Source: Craspedostauros australis (taxonomy: Eukaryota). Taken from it: DNA of 64,000 bases. The stretch's first letter is position 1; the number at the start of each line of letters is the position of its first letter. This document shows positions 10,751 to 22,693 of this stretch, piece by piece. The notes beneath the pieces were generated by a model. The model did no database searches. It was not told the origin of the DNA and saw nothing but the letters and a program-made list of their open reading frames with translations. The stretch covers positions 1 through 64,000 of the forward strand of contig JALAGF010000414.1 in assembly GCA_030167865.1 (NCBI GenBank), written 5' to 3'. Both the position numbers and the translations under genes were made by a program.

Positions 10751-13333
10751 TCACCGGTCCTTCGATTTCTTCTTCTTCTTTTCCTTCTTGTGTTTCTTGG
10801 CCTTCTTGTCTTCCTTCTTGCTGGATTTCTTACTCTTCTTCTTGCCATCTGGTGACACGTCTGGTGGCACCATCATCATCTCGGCCTCCTGCTGTGCTGC
10901 CATGATCGCAGCTCGTGCTGCGTCGCTCAGAGTCGACGAGGACGCAGGTGCTGCCGGTGCTTCTTTCTTGTCTTGGATTTCGGCATCTTCCGATTTAGGT
11001 GCAGTTGGTACTTGCGTGGTCGGTAGTTCCTCCACGAAGAATCCGTCGTCGCTGTCGTCATCATCGTCATCAACATTGATCTGAGTCACCACCTGCGGTT
11101 CCTCATCCGAGTCGCTATCCAGAACGAGAGCAGCAGCTTTGGTTGGCGAATTGCTTGCCGGTTGTGCAATTGCTTCGAGTTCGTCTGTGTTTTGCTGTCG
11201 AGCTGAACCCGCCAGCCGATCGTCGGATGGCTGCAAATCATCGCCGTCGCCTTTGGGCTTTGGAGGTTGATGCACTTCTTCTTGATGTGGTTGCTGTTCG
11301 CTTGCAATGTCTGCATCGGCAGCGGAATCGATACGGCCAGGCTCTTCTTCGCTGGTGGTGCTGGACGCACCCTGCCCCGTTGTCTCATCATCTGGGATGT
11401 TGTCCTCTTCGCTTTGGTCAAAGTTCGCTTCTGCATTCTCGGCGGACTCGGTACGATCAGGCTCTTCATCGCTGACAGCACTGGCTTTACCTTGTCTCTC
11501 TGCTTCGTTCGTTGCGCTGTTGTCTTGCACAACTGTTGCATCGACAGTATCAGGACCCAAAGCGCGAGAATCGACGAGCGCCTGTTTGTGCGGTGCGTCG
11601 TCCTGTGTCATAGTTACTTCTTCGGCTGATGTTGGCTGCTTTTCGGCCTGATTATCGGAACTAGTTGGCGTCTCTTCCTCTTCCACGAGATCAGTTTCAT
11701 CCGTGGGCGATGAGTGAAGCTCTTCATTGTCATTGTCTTCGGCGTTGTCCGATTTCGCAGCATCGCTGACTTGCGCTTGTTGTGCAACACCATCTTCGTC
11801 ATCGTCGTCGCTGTTGTATACAGGTTGCGAATCGCGTTGATCGCCGTAGAAATAATCATCGTCATCATCATCACTGCTATTGTTGTTGTTGTTGACAGTC
11901 TGTGATTTCGTTTGCGTTTTCGTTGGTGCTGATGCTTCTTCCTCCTCCTCGTCACTACTGGATGCCAGAAAGTCTTCCAAAGACATTCGGGCAGCAGATT
12001 GCGGAGGTGGCGGTGCTGTGTTTTGCAGTACAACTCTCTTGGGTTGCTGCAGTTGCTGACTTGGTTCGTTGGTGGGTTGCACTGGATTGGCTGTGCCATC
12101 ATGATGATTCGGTTGTCCATTCATGGCTGGGTTGCTGTTGGCCATGCCGGCATTTTGCTGTTGCAGACGATCTGCATCCTCCTTCTGCTTCTGCTCTCTT
12201 TGTTGGCGGATCTTTTCCTTTTGCTCCTCTGCTTCCTTGAGAAAGTCCGCGTAGGACTTGCGTTGGGGTTGATGATCGTACATGGTATGCAGCTGCGCAT
12301 GGATGACATGCAGATGTCTGGATGCCTGGATCTCCTTATGCCGCAGGTAGGAGTGGTAGACGAACCAGTGCACATGAGCCAAACCGAAGTTACTCTTGAG
12401 ACTGATAGGAATGACGTCGATGACGATTTTGTGAGGCGCCGGAATGTCGAACTGTTTCTGAAACGAGGGTGTTTGGAGGAGGTCAGCAATGTAATCCTGC
12501 ACTCGCTCCACGGATGTGACAGGTTTCTGGTTGTTGGCTGCCGGATCCGTCTCACTGGAATTGTTTGGAAGCGGTGGCAGATCCGCGAAGTTGATGCAAA
12601 TGCAAAGGCAGAGTGGATTCTGCAGCAGCATCTGAACCGCATTCGATGCTTGTTGTTGCTGTTGCTGAGACGCATCGGTCCCAGTGCCGTCGTTTTTGTG
12701 AGAAACCGCAGACGATCCGCTCTGTGCGGTGTATCCTAGCTGTCTAAGGAGCAACATGATCATGTTCTGTATGTAATGCTGCGTGTGCTCCCATGGATGG
12801 TGCGGATGCAAGAGAAGGATGTTGAAATCGGCAGCAGCAGCAGAAGAAGAAGCAGCGGTGGCAGGTGTCTGCTTGCTGACATTCGCAAAGTACGTCTCCT
12901 GCCGTTCGGACGAAATGGTCTCAATCTCGAGCTGTATTCTGTCGGGTGTTGCCATCGGAGGTTTGTAGGGAATGATTGCTGGTTTTGGTTGTTGCTGCTT
13001 CTCATCTGGCGCGTTGGGAGAACGGAACGGATTCTTTCCTTGCATCCTTGTTGCGAAAGCACGCTTTCCGGTCTTGGGTCCACCGAGGATGGCACCATGC
13101 AATCGAACTGTCGGCCTGCCGCTGCTTCCGCCTGTACTGGTTCTGCTCCGCCTCTGCATTGGCTGTTGCTGCTGCATAGTTGTACTTGCATTCATTTGCG
13201 CATGTCCGTTGACGCTCCCTGGATGCGGTGCTCCTTGGGCATACATGCCTGACGGATTGTTGGCATGAGCGTTGGGATGCTGGTGCCCATGGTAAGCCCC
13301 ACCATTGACAGGGGCAGACTCTGCTGCGCCCAT
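10751..13333 (-). CDS. RABL6-like atypical GTPase with long acidic tail and Lys-rich C-terminus
   Basis: Degenerate P-loop ILGGPKTGKRAFATRMQGKNPF and SLKSNFGLAHVHWFV resemble RABL6 as I recall it; D/E-rich tail; KKKKKSK end; MGAAES N-myristoylation pattern; 860-aa open frame. Confidence 0.65.
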   Translation of the reverse strand: MGAAESAPVNGGAYHGHQHPNAHANNPSGMYAQGAPHPGSVNGHAQMNASTTMQQQQPMQRRSRTSTGGSSGRPTVRLHGAILGGPKTGKRAFATRMQGKNPFRSPNAPDEKQQQPKPAIIPYKPPMATPDRIQLEIETISSERQETYFANVSKQTPATAASSSAAAADFNILLLHPHHPWEHTQHYIQNMIMLLLRQLGYTAQSGSSAVSHKNDGTGTDASQQQQQQASNAVQMLLQNPLCLCICINFADLPPLPNNSSETDPAANNQKPVTSVERVQDYIADLLQTPSFQKQFDIPAPHKIVIDVIPISLKSNFGLAHVHWFVYHSYLRHKEIQASRHLHVIHAQLHTMYDHQPQRKSYADFLKEAEEQKEKIRQQREQKQKEDADRLQQQNAGMANSNPAMNGQPNHHDGTANPVQPTNEPSQQLQQPKRVVLQNTAPPPPQSAARMSLEDFLASSSDEEEEEASAPTKTQTKSQTVNNNNNSSDDDDDDYFYGDQRDSQPVYNSDDDDEDGVAQQAQVSDAAKSDNAEDNDNEELHSSPTDETDLVEEEETPTSSDNQAEKQPTSAEEVTMTQDDAPHKQALVDSRALGPDTVDATVVQDNSATNEAERQGKASAVSDEEPDRTESAENAEANFDQSEEDNIPDDETTGQGASSTTSEEEPGRIDSAADADIASEQQPHQEEVHQPPKPKGDGDDLQPSDDRLAGSARQQNTDELEAIAQPASNSPTKAAALVLDSDSDEEPQVVTQINVDDDDDDSDDGFFVEELPTTQVPTAPKSEDAEIQDKKEAPAAPASSSTLSDAARAAIMAAQQEAEMMMVPPDVSPDGKKKSKKSSKKEDKKAKKHKKEKKKKKSKDR

Positions 13334-13897
13334 CTCTATGCTTTGGATTCTCCACGACTGCTCGACTCGACTCGAATCGACTCCACTCTATGCTTCTCTA
13401 TTCGTAATTCCACCGTATGTCCTAGTTGCCGTCCCACACTTCCTTCCCACTGATGTGGACGCCAGCTGCAGCCACCACCAACCACGAACGCCTCTCTCTC
13501 TCTCTCTCCCTTGGATCCGGCAGCGGTCGTCGTCGACGCCAACTTTGTTCAAGAGGATGGACGATGGTTTTGTGTGGCCAAGACCACGATCCAGAACACC
13601 AGCGCGAAAAAACAAGAGAATCTCAATTCCGGATCGTGTTCCAGTCCAGCGAATCGAGTGGGAGCGCCAAATCCAACACGATCTTCTTCCTTCCGCGCCA
13701 AGTCACAACAAGTCACGACAGGCGGAGACACGACAGGAAGAGAGAGGGAGACCAAATCTCCATCCACCTGTTCTCGTCACCACCGAATCACAAAGCCCAC
13801 AGCCACCACACAAACAGAGAACCAAACCCAGGCAACGACTGCGCACCACAAAGGACAAACCACAAACATCTCACTCAACTCTATTACACATTCTATC

Positions 13898-14608
13898 ATG
13901 TCCTCCCCCGCCCTGCAAGCCAAGGCCAACGGCCTCAACGCCAAGATGGAAGGCGCCGCTGGCGAAGTCCTCGATGAAATCGATCGGCATCACATTCGCA
14001 AATTGGCGCGCGCGTCCTTCGTGTGCGCTACCAAATGCTACGACAAGGCCGGCACGAAGGGACCTGCGGATGTGCTGCAGAACTGCGTGCAGCAGTGTCA
14101 GCTGCCTTTCCAACGCGGCAACGCCCTCGTGCAGCAGGTATGTAGAGGGCCATAGTTGCAGCGTACGAGTATTGTGTTTTAGGAACGCAATGTGATGTCG
14201 TATCTGTTTGCGTTTGGGAGTAACGTTGGTGGTACCTACTCTGACGAATGGCTGCTGTCTGTGTACCGTACTCTACAATACTGTCATGCCACTCTATACC
14301 ATGCTATGAATCCCATGAACCACCACCACCACTCATCGACTCAATCACCCGATCATCAACTTTTCCTCCCATACCGACGTACCGTACCATGCGCACTCGC
14401 ACGAGGACCACAGGAAATTGGACAGTTCCAGAATCGTTTGAATCGCAACATGACGGAATGTCAGGAAAAGGCCAGAGACTTGATGACGGACCCCAACCAG
14501 ACGCAGAAGGTGGAGAATGCGCTCATTGACTGCATGGCAAAGACCGTCGATCATCACATCGCATTGCTGAAGCCCATGAAGCAGCGGATCATCGCGTCGC
14601 TGAAGTAA
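13898..14608 (+). CDS. FAM136A-like (DUF842) CX3C protein; exons 13898-14137, 14414-14608
   Basis: CATKC...CVQQC...QQ|EIGQFQNRLNR...CQEKARD...CMAKTVDHHIALL; phase-0 GT-AG intron. Confidence 0.85.
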
Positions 14609-14791
14609 AGTGGAGAGTAATACTGATAGGGCAGATCATACGTACTTCTATGTAGTGCAACGATGGAGCGGAATCAATCAGAGTAGTGTTGCTGTTCTCA
14701 ACTCGTACGCCGCAGTCGAATTGAATCGAATTGAACCGATGTGGAGTACCATGCCCAATTGAGAAGGAAAAACGCATTGGCGCATCCATGA

Positions 14792-16906
14792 TCACAACAT
14801 CAAATCCCGAATCCTCGTGCGCAGCAGTTGGCTGATGCGTTCGCGTGCCGCCACATCTTGAACGACGACCCAGCCATCGCCCGTCGTGCTGCGCTTCAAA
14901 AATCGACCGCCCGTCTCCTTCTGCATCATCACGATCGTCTCGGCAATCACCGTCTTTTCATCCTTCGAGGACATGCGATATCGATTCAGGTAGGATTCGA
15001 TGGTGGCGTGCAGCAGCTGGTTGCCTGGGAAGAACTTTTGGATGCGGTTGCGTCGGAAGAGGACGTCACGGGAGCTGGGTTGCAGGATGAGCTCGGAGTA
15101 TTTGGCGTCGCGTTGGGATTCGTACTCGAACTGGTCGAGCATGTATTTCCAAAAGTGATCTGTGGTGACCACCGTGTCGCTTTCTTCGTCGATGGGGGAG
15201 TATATGTTGGGGATGCCGAATTGCATCATGGCGTACTTGCATTCCACGTGTGAGCCTGCGAGTTGGGAAAACGCACAGATTAATAAAGAAGGGAAGTATG
15301 GCAAAGTATAATACAAAGCATGGTAAGACAGACAGTGGAATGAATGAGAGAGTGAGTCGATGTAGACATGTGTGCGCGAACAGAGAACTCGCATGATTGT
15401 GGTGGAGCAGAGTTTGGCATTGGAATTGCCACAAAGCAACGATGCCTCACATCGCCATACCATTGCACTCCGCAATACAACAGAACATCATCGAGCACAA
15501 CACGAGTACCGTACTCGTACAATGCAGTGGAACGCAACATTGCGCAAAGGTCCAACTCACCAAAATGACTACGAAATCGAATTCGAGTTTGATACGCGAG
15601 GAGCATCTGCAGGAGGCTGACGAGCATTTTGATGTTGGGATCATCGTAGCACATGTGGAAAGCACCGTATCGCACCGGGACAGCATTCAGGAGCTGTGAG
15701 GATTGGCGGACGTTGTCAGTGCTGGACGCCTTTGGATCGAGACCGACGTTGTAGGCGATGCCCACCAATCCGTTCGTCTGGACGCTCTCGTGCCGTTCGA
15801 GGAAGTTTGTCAGGATGTAAAATCCTGCCTTGATCTGTAAGGATGTGAAATGGAGTAGGGTGGAGCATGGTGGAGTTGAATTGAATGGAATTGCATGATC
15901 AAGGAGAGGAATTGCAGTACGAGTATGGGTTGTGGATTTTGAGAAAGGCACGCACCCATTGGATGACGTACCCGGACAGAGTGAGTGGTGAGGCGCACGA
16001 AAATGAAAAATCGAGTTGCAACGCATCACATCATTTCGGTATGTTGTACATATTCCTGCCTGGGATGACCATCTGTTTGTGGCAACGGCATAACACCAGA
16101 CGTCACTTCGAACAGCCCAACCACAGCAATGCCGCAAGGACTCAACGACGCAATGACACACTCACATTCGTCCTCCACTCGGCCACACGCTCATGCGCGA
16201 TGGAGGACACCCAAATGCCAACGTATCGACCCACGGTATCACGAAAGTTGGGAAACAACTGAAATGCCCCCAACCGCACGGCCTCCTGCGTCTCCGCATC
16301 CAGATCGAGAAACCCGATGGGCTTGACCAACTTATCGAGACCGAACAGCTCCATCTTGAGCTGGAAAAAGGCCAGCACACGCTGCAAGGCCTGCGCGACG
16401 TTGTAGTGATCGGCCCGCAAGAAGAGGAGGAGGAATTTGCGATCGTGCACGTATTCGGGCGACAGGAAATGCGCCATCTCGTAGCTGCGCGTGATGGAAT
16501 CCTTGCTGGAACGACGGATGGTCTTGGCCAAAGTCGCGATGAGCTGTTCCACGCACTCGCTCATGGCGGGTTCGTTGCCTTCGATGCCATTCTCGTGCGG
16601 CAAGATGCCGTGGATCTCCTCGTGCAAGGTGTTGCGCTCCTGCAAGGACATGCTGTTGAGCTCCTTCGTCAGCAGCATCTCGCCTTCGGTGGGGTTCTTG
16701 GCTCTTTTACCACCCTGGTCTTCCTGCTTGTGACGCTGCGGCGATACGTGCGGCGTCACCATCGCAACCCTCGCATTCGGTGGTGGAGTTTCCGGTGCCC
16801 GCGACGGCAGCATGCAGGGGATTCCGCAGAACGACCTCGAGCCATCGTCGTCGCTGATGGCTGTGAAGCCCGTGTCAAAGTGGGTGTTATCGAATCTGCG
16901 CTTCAT
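14792..16906 (-). CDS. Diatom-expanded CRAL-TRIO-like + DUF6824 protein; exons 16906-16166, 15834-15561, 15255-14792
   Basis: LTKELNSMSLQERNTLHEEIHG, FLLLFLRADHYN, VPVRYGAFHMC, RFRSHFG|SHVECKYAMMQFGIP; C-terminal PSSRDVLF..GN...GGRFLKR...W...ARERISQLLR. Confidence 0.82.
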
Positions 16907-18708
16907 CGTGGTTGCTGTTCTGCTTGTTGCTCTGATTGTTTTGTTCTGACTGTTTTGTATAATAGAATAGAACTTTTGAGTGAGCACCCGTGCTGATGTG
17001 TTAGGAGGCAAGTGTAGGACCTACAATGGCGCGAGTATGATGATCTACACACGAGTGTTGGGGTTGAATGAAGAATGGGTCGGCTGGTGGAATCGATCCA
17101 GACGCTCTCGTGCAATGTTGTGGGACGTGATGTGATGCGATGCGCGGGTATGTGGCTCGTATGGCATATGGTACGATATGACAGAATAGATCGTAATGCT
17201 CGAGTTTTGTGTGGTTGTCTGGCAGAGCGATGTGCTCGTGCTCGTGTTCGATGGAATCGGCGGATTCTTTGCGCCTCTCTCCTCTGATGTGTTGGACTCT
17301 TCCTGTCTGGGTGTTTGTGTTGACGCGAAGGCAGACTTGTGTTTGCTAATGATACCGTCTTCGACAATGATGCTGTCTGCTTGTCTTCTCCACTTCTGTA
17401 TCATCCACGACCACACGTTTCGTGTGATGTTCTCCTGAGCGATCTTTCGCACGACAGCCGCGCCGAAATCTCTGATGTCGCAGCCGCACTCGAACTCCTG
17501 ATCAGCACGGCGTAGATGGCCCACAGTGCACGAACACAAGATGGAGAAACCGATCCTGTGACCAAAACGGAACTGAGCAATCAGAGATGGGGAGTCTTGT
17601 CGGTGCGGGTGCGGGTGCGTAGTGAGTATTGCGCGGCGGACCTTGTGTGGATGATGCGATGCAACGAGTCTGCTCCACTCTGCTCTACTATTATTATCGT
17701 GTGATTTGTTAGACGAGATGATTTTATTCCAGAGACAGTGCAACACCTTGGAGGCAACGCTCACGATGACGGTGGCGATGGCGATGACACCGCGCCCAGT
17801 GATGGTCTTGTTGCTCTCACCCTCGCTCTCACCCTCTTTCGCTTGCTTGCTTCTCCTCTCCCTCTTCGGTGTGTTGGCGCCAATCTGCGACATGGCAGTC
17901 CTGCGTCCAACCACCCCACGCAATTCTGTCCAACAAGTCACTCGGGAGTTGAGCGAGACATGAAATGCCTCCAAAACATCCAACGCGGGCCAAGCAAGCA
18001 GCGTTTGTCTCCTCCGCTTCGACTTCGCCATGTTTCCTCAGACATCGATGCGACACGATCAGTTCGCCTGACCAGCCTTTTTCGCCTACTCGTACGAAGG
18101 ACGAACGATCGCACAATCGACCCGATGGACTGAAGCAATCCGACGAGAGGAACCAAGAGGCGTTCTTATCTCCATGTGAATCTTGCTTGCATCTTGGCTG
18201 GTGACTGAATTCATCGAATCTTCTCGGTTCGTCGTACAAAACCTACGCACCTGTACGAGGTTTCGCTCACTTCGTGCGAATCAAAGACCCCGAATCGTTG
18301 GGCAAGAGCGCGCACGTTCGTGTGCGCCCAAGACGCATTGGCTAACGACAACATCATCATCGACATCATGCCCACATGATGCATGGGTTCGTTGTGATGG
18401 ATGTTTGGAATCAAGAAGAGGCGAGCGGCACAGGAATACAGCAGAAGTATTAACAGAGCAGAGCGGAGTGAAGAGCGGAGATCGCACAGAGCCGTACTCT
18501 GCCTCGGACTCCGTCAGCTTCAGCAACGCTTTCCAATCGACAGAGAACACCGAATCAACAAGGGCGACGGAGATCCTCACTTGCAAATCCGAGTGAACCA
18601 GACACAACAATCGAATCGGCAACATCATCAAAGCAACCGGAATTACCCTCGACGAGCACTCTATCCAGATTCCTCCTTCACCACCACCACTGCAACGAGA
18701 ACGGCAAC

Positions 18709-20907
18709 ATGCTTCGTCTGATGAAAGATAAAGCCAACGAGGAGCAGCAACAGCTCCATCGCAACGCGCATCACACCACACCCCAGAAGAAGTTCTCGCT
18801 CCAATCCGCCCCATCGCAATCGCAGCATCCGATTTCTGCCATGGCGCCCAAGATCGTTTCCCACGTGCCGATCTCCGTCGGCACCAGAACCTCCTCCTCT
18901 GAGCAGAGCGCATCCGACAGCACCATCTCCTCGACAAGCAACAGTGCTGGCACGGACATCCATCGGACGAACATAACGACGACTCCATCTCCTCTGCATG
19001 CATCAACACCAGCTTCGGCGACGAGCACAGCGTCCACCACAACTTTCACAACAGCGACAACTGCGACAAAAGTTTCACGATCGAAATTCTCTGGAGATTC
19101 CTTCGTTGAATCTTCGCTCACCCCTCCACGCACGTCTCTCGATCACGGAGTCGAATCTCAAAAAATCATCAGCAACAGTAAAAGCAACAGCAACAGTCCT
19201 TCCTCCGTAGCCGCCACCGGCAACAAACGCAAGGCGCACAGGGTATCAATCGACGAGCAACAGCAGCAACAGCCCAATGCGGAAACTATTGCAACTGTTG
19301 CAACGCCGGTTCCACCATCACCACCGTTGCAAGCGTTCGCCCAGCCAATCAACAAGCGACTCAAGCGATCAATACATCTTCCAACCAGCCACCACACCAT
19401 CAATGTCATCGCCGCAACCACCAATGGCTCGCTGCAGCAGCTGCACCAGCAGCAACGCCACGCATCGCCCACTGCTGCTCCAATCACGTTGCTGCGTCAA
19501 CCGGAGGATGATCACTATCTCAACGACCTTCACATCTTCGTGCGTCGAAACATCGAGGTCTTCGCAGCAACCACGGCGGAGCTGTCCCAGCCAGCGCCAG
19601 GGAGGAAACATCCCATCCGCATGCACCAGGTCGGTCTGCGATGCATCCACTGCCGAGACCTGCCGCACAAGAACCGCGTCAAGCGGGCCGTCTGCTACCC
19701 AACCTCCGTCAGCCGCGTCTACCATTCTGTCTCGGATATGAAGTTCGATCACTTCATGCACTGCCCCAAGCTGCCCCACGATCTGCGCCAGCGCTTCCAA
19801 GACCTCAAGAATGACAGGAGGCGGTGCAACCGCAGGACCAAGGCCGCCGCATCTTCCAGCGGCAACGCGACGGCGTCCACCGCGCAGTACTACTATGACT
19901 CTGCCATTCGCATGGGCATGGTGAATGGTCGTCATGGAATCTTCTTTGACAACGCCACCAAGACCAACAACAGCAGCAGCAGCAACAAGAACAGCAAACC
20001 AGCCAGTGCTCCACTGGCGCAAACCCAAAACACTCAAGCTACACCACCAACATCTCAACCACATCAGGTGTCGCCGTACCATTCCAAGGCAGCTTCCTTG
20101 CTCACCTCGCTTTCCGTGCTGCAGTGCCATCCGTCAATGGCGCCAATGATGCCCGCAACATCAGTAGGGTCGACCACGGCTCTAACCACTGCAACGTCAG
20201 CAGCCACGGCAATAGCAGCGGCTCCATCTCCGCCTTCTTCCATCATGTACAGCCTACTGGCGCATGGTGCCAGTACACCTCCTCTGCCAGGGGTTTCGGC
20301 ACCATGCACAAAGGCGCCAACGCAAAGCATCAAGACGGGGATTCCATTGGCAAGCTCCGACGATCCGGCCGCCTTGAATCCTCTCCACTGCTTCGTCCGA
20401 CGCAATATCGAAGTCTTCGAGGCCAACGCCGAGCACATCGCCGCACCGGCACCAGGCCGCAAGGCCAAGGTCACGCTGGGTCAGGTCGGCATCCGCTGCA
20501 CCCACTGCGCGCAGCTGCAACCACGGCAACGCGTCAAACGCGCCGTGTGCTACCCCCCGTCCGTCGCTGGCATCTACCACTCCGTCTCCAACATGAAGTT
20601 CGACCACTTCGCCAACTGCAAGGGCCTTCCCGCCAAGGAGCGCGACGAGTTCCTGCAGCTCAAGAAGTCCTGCTCGCGCCATCGTTCGACCAGCCGTCTT
20701 CCCACCTCGACCACGGCGCAGTACTACCAGGAGTCGGCCATGCGCATGGGGCTCGTCGACACAAGCGAGGGCATTCGATACGTGTCCAAAGTTCAGACGC
20801 AGCAGTCCACGGAGATCGCTGCCCTGTTGCCGCCGTTGCGTGCCAGGACGCAGATCTCCTCTGGCATCTCGGCCCTGATGATGGCGGCCGCCCAGACCAT
20901 CGTCTGA
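18709..20907 (+). CDS. Uncharacterised protein with two copies of a Cys/His-rich domain and S/T/Q-rich linkers (start could be 18709, 18721 or 18841)
   Basis: 732-aa open frame with a duplicated LHxFVRRNIEVF...PAPGRK...QVGxRCxHC...KRAVCYPxSV...YHSVSxMKFDHFxxC...AQYY..SAxRMG module. Confidence 0.85.
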   Translation: MLRLMKDKANEEQQQLHRNAHHTTPQKKFSLQSAPSQSQHPISAMAPKIVSHVPISVGTRTSSSEQSASDSTISSTSNSAGTDIHRTNITTTPSPLHASTPASATSTASTTTFTTATTATKVSRSKFSGDSFVESSLTPPRTSLDHGVESQKIISNSKSNSNSPSSVAATGNKRKAHRVSIDEQQQQQPNAETIATVATPVPPSPPLQAFAQPINKRLKRSIHLPTSHHTINVIAATTNGSLQQLHQQQRHASPTAAPITLLRQPEDDHYLNDLHIFVRRNIEVFAATTAELSQPAPGRKHPIRMHQVGLRCIHCRDLPHKNRVKRAVCYPTSVSRVYHSVSDMKFDHFMHCPKLPHDLRQRFQDLKNDRRRCNRRTKAAASSSGNATASTAQYYYDSAIRMGMVNGRHGIFFDNATKTNNSSSSNKNSKPASAPLAQTQNTQATPPTSQPHQVSPYHSKAASLLTSLSVLQCHPSMAPMMPATSVGSTTALTTATSAATAIAAAPSPPSSIMYSLLAHGASTPPLPGVSAPCTKAPTQSIKTGIPLASSDDPAALNPLHCFVRRNIEVFEANAEHIAAPAPGRKAKVTLGQVGIRCTHCAQLQPRQRVKRAVCYPPSVAGIYHSVSNMKFDHFANCKGLPAKERDEFLQLKKSCSRHRSTSRLPTSTTAQYYQESAMRMGLVDTSEGIRYVSKVQTQQSTEIAALLPPLRARTQISSGISALMMAAAQTIV

Positions 20908-21805
20908 GCATACTCTCTCTGGAGAGCAGTGCCAAGGTATCCTACATTAGAGTTGGAACTCAATTTTGAACAATACCAATAAATATACATCAGCAACAAT
21001 TACAACATTATGAGTAACCTCGCATTTAGAAGACATCTTGATTTCTATCAGCATAGTTGGAGGACTGCACTCTTTCCTCTTTGGACCATACTCTATGGAT
21101 GCGGACGGAGCACATGGATTTGCATCTAATGTTGCAGTTCTGGGTGTGCGTATCCGAACTGTTCTTCACTCTTCGTTGTTCTTGCTTCGTGTGCGTAGCC
21201 TTTCGGACGTGAACAAGTTGTTAGAAGCCGCGGTAAATGTGTTCAAAGGGTAATTTAACTGCGTTTTCTGTTTTGTCCATCACTGGTTACGTCTGCCCAT
21301 CTTTCAGTATCGATTTTGGCAAGCGAAGCATCTTCCACGTACCTATCTGCACAGCTCCACCTTCACGGACAGCCTCGTGCATTGGCGTGTCTGCTCCAGA
21401 CCCAATCGCTCTTGCTACACCTGCTGGTTGACAGATCCACGGAAGAGTCGCAATGAGGGATGCTCCGCGATTATCTGTGCTCTTGTCGACAAACGTGGAA
21501 TCCAACAGGATGGCAACTGCCAACTAACTCATTCATCTCCTCGCAGATGTAGCGGAACGTGTGCAATTGGTGCTGCTCTGGGAATCAGTATTGAAGTATT
21601 GTGATGTGTTGAAAATGGAATATTTACATCTGTTGCTACGGTGCTTTAGCTGGGTTCTATTCAACAGGTTCATGGAAGTGCATTCATAATCGTGCATGAT
21701 ATTGGTGGTGTATTGGTACATTGGGACTTTGCATCTGCGGAGGATTGCGGAAAACTGTTGCGCGCATGTGCTTGTCGCATGGTTTCATGCTTGGTCGCTG
21801 GTGTT

Positions 21806-22498
21806 TCACGCGGCTGTGCAGAGCGTGTGACCTTTCTGCTGGAGGTTGCTGTCTTTCTTGATGGCCTCGAGAATTGCAAGGTTGGCCTGAGTGAACGATG
21901 GCTCGGCGGCGGTTGGCGCTGTTCTCTGGATCTCGATCATGCGCTGGTTGATGAAGCTGTTGGTCTCGAGCAGCGTCTTGAGGTCGATGTCGACCTGGAT
22001 GCTGGCTTCGAGCCTGCGGCTGCGCTTGGCCTTGGAGGAGGATTTGTACTGTCCATGCAGGGAGTCGCGGAAGTGCTGTCCGACCTTCTCCCTCGCCAAG
22101 TGGTCGCCGATCTCGTGCCATCGACCGCTCTGGAACTTGACGAAGCCGCCATTCGGGCTGGCATCGCGGATCTCGTCGATCACCTGCGTCACGATCTTCG
22201 ACTTCTCCACGCGGCTGTTGGCGTCGGCGTAGAGGCTGAGGTGGCGCTGGATGCGGCGCTTGAAGTTGCGGTTGCCGCTGTGCATGCGTGCCTCCTTGCC
22301 GGTGGCGCAGATGACGTCGAAGGGACCTGGAGTGAAGTCATCCGAAAGCGGAGACATCTTGCCGATTCGGCTGGTGGTCTTCTGAGTGACGTTGGTGATT
22401 GGGGCAGGCATGACGATGTTGAGCGCGATTGGGATGCTGCTGCTGCCGAAAGATGAGACGAGGTTGTTCTGGGAGTTGGTGTTGCTGATGGCTGGCAT
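21806..22498 (-). CDS. DUF6824 domain protein (alternative upstream start at 22729 would add polyQ)
   Basis: PGPFDVICATGKEARMHSGNRNFK...Y..A.SRVEKSKIV..VID..R...GGFVK...W.EIGDHLAREKVGQHFRD. Confidence 0.85.
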   Translation of the reverse strand: MPAISNTNSQNNLVSSFGSSSIPIALNIVMPAPITNVTQKTTSRIGKMSPLSDDFTPGPFDVICATGKEARMHSGNRNFKRRIQRHLSLYADANSRVEKSKIVTQVIDEIRDASPNGGFVKFQSGRWHEIGDHLAREKVGQHFRDSLHGQYKSSSKAKRSRRLEASIQVDIDLKTLLETNSFINQRMIEIQRTAPTAAEPSFTQANLAILEAIKKDSNLQQKGHTLCTAA

Positions 22499-22570
22499 GA
22501 TTGCTGTTGTTGATGCTGTTGCTGATGTGATTGGGTGATTGGGAAGTTGAGCGGTGTAGTGACTGTTTGA

Positions 22571-22693
22571 TTGTTGTTGTTGCTGTTGTTGCTGTTGTTG
22601 CTGTTGTTGCTGTTGTTGCTGTTGTTGCTGTTGTTGCTGTTGTTGCTGTTGTTGCTGTTGTTGCTGTTGTTGCTGTTGTTGCTGTTGTTGCTG
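22571..22693 (-). repeat. (CAGCAACAA)n microsatellite, 41 Gln codons in frame with the DUF6824 ORF
   Basis: Near-perfect 9-bp periodic array, (GCTGTTGTT)n on the + strand. Confidence 0.95.

Noticed and set aside
17045-18600. ORFs between the DUF6824 gene and the Cys/His-domain gene
   Set aside because: Low-complexity translations with no motifs; probably a divergent promoter/UTR region.
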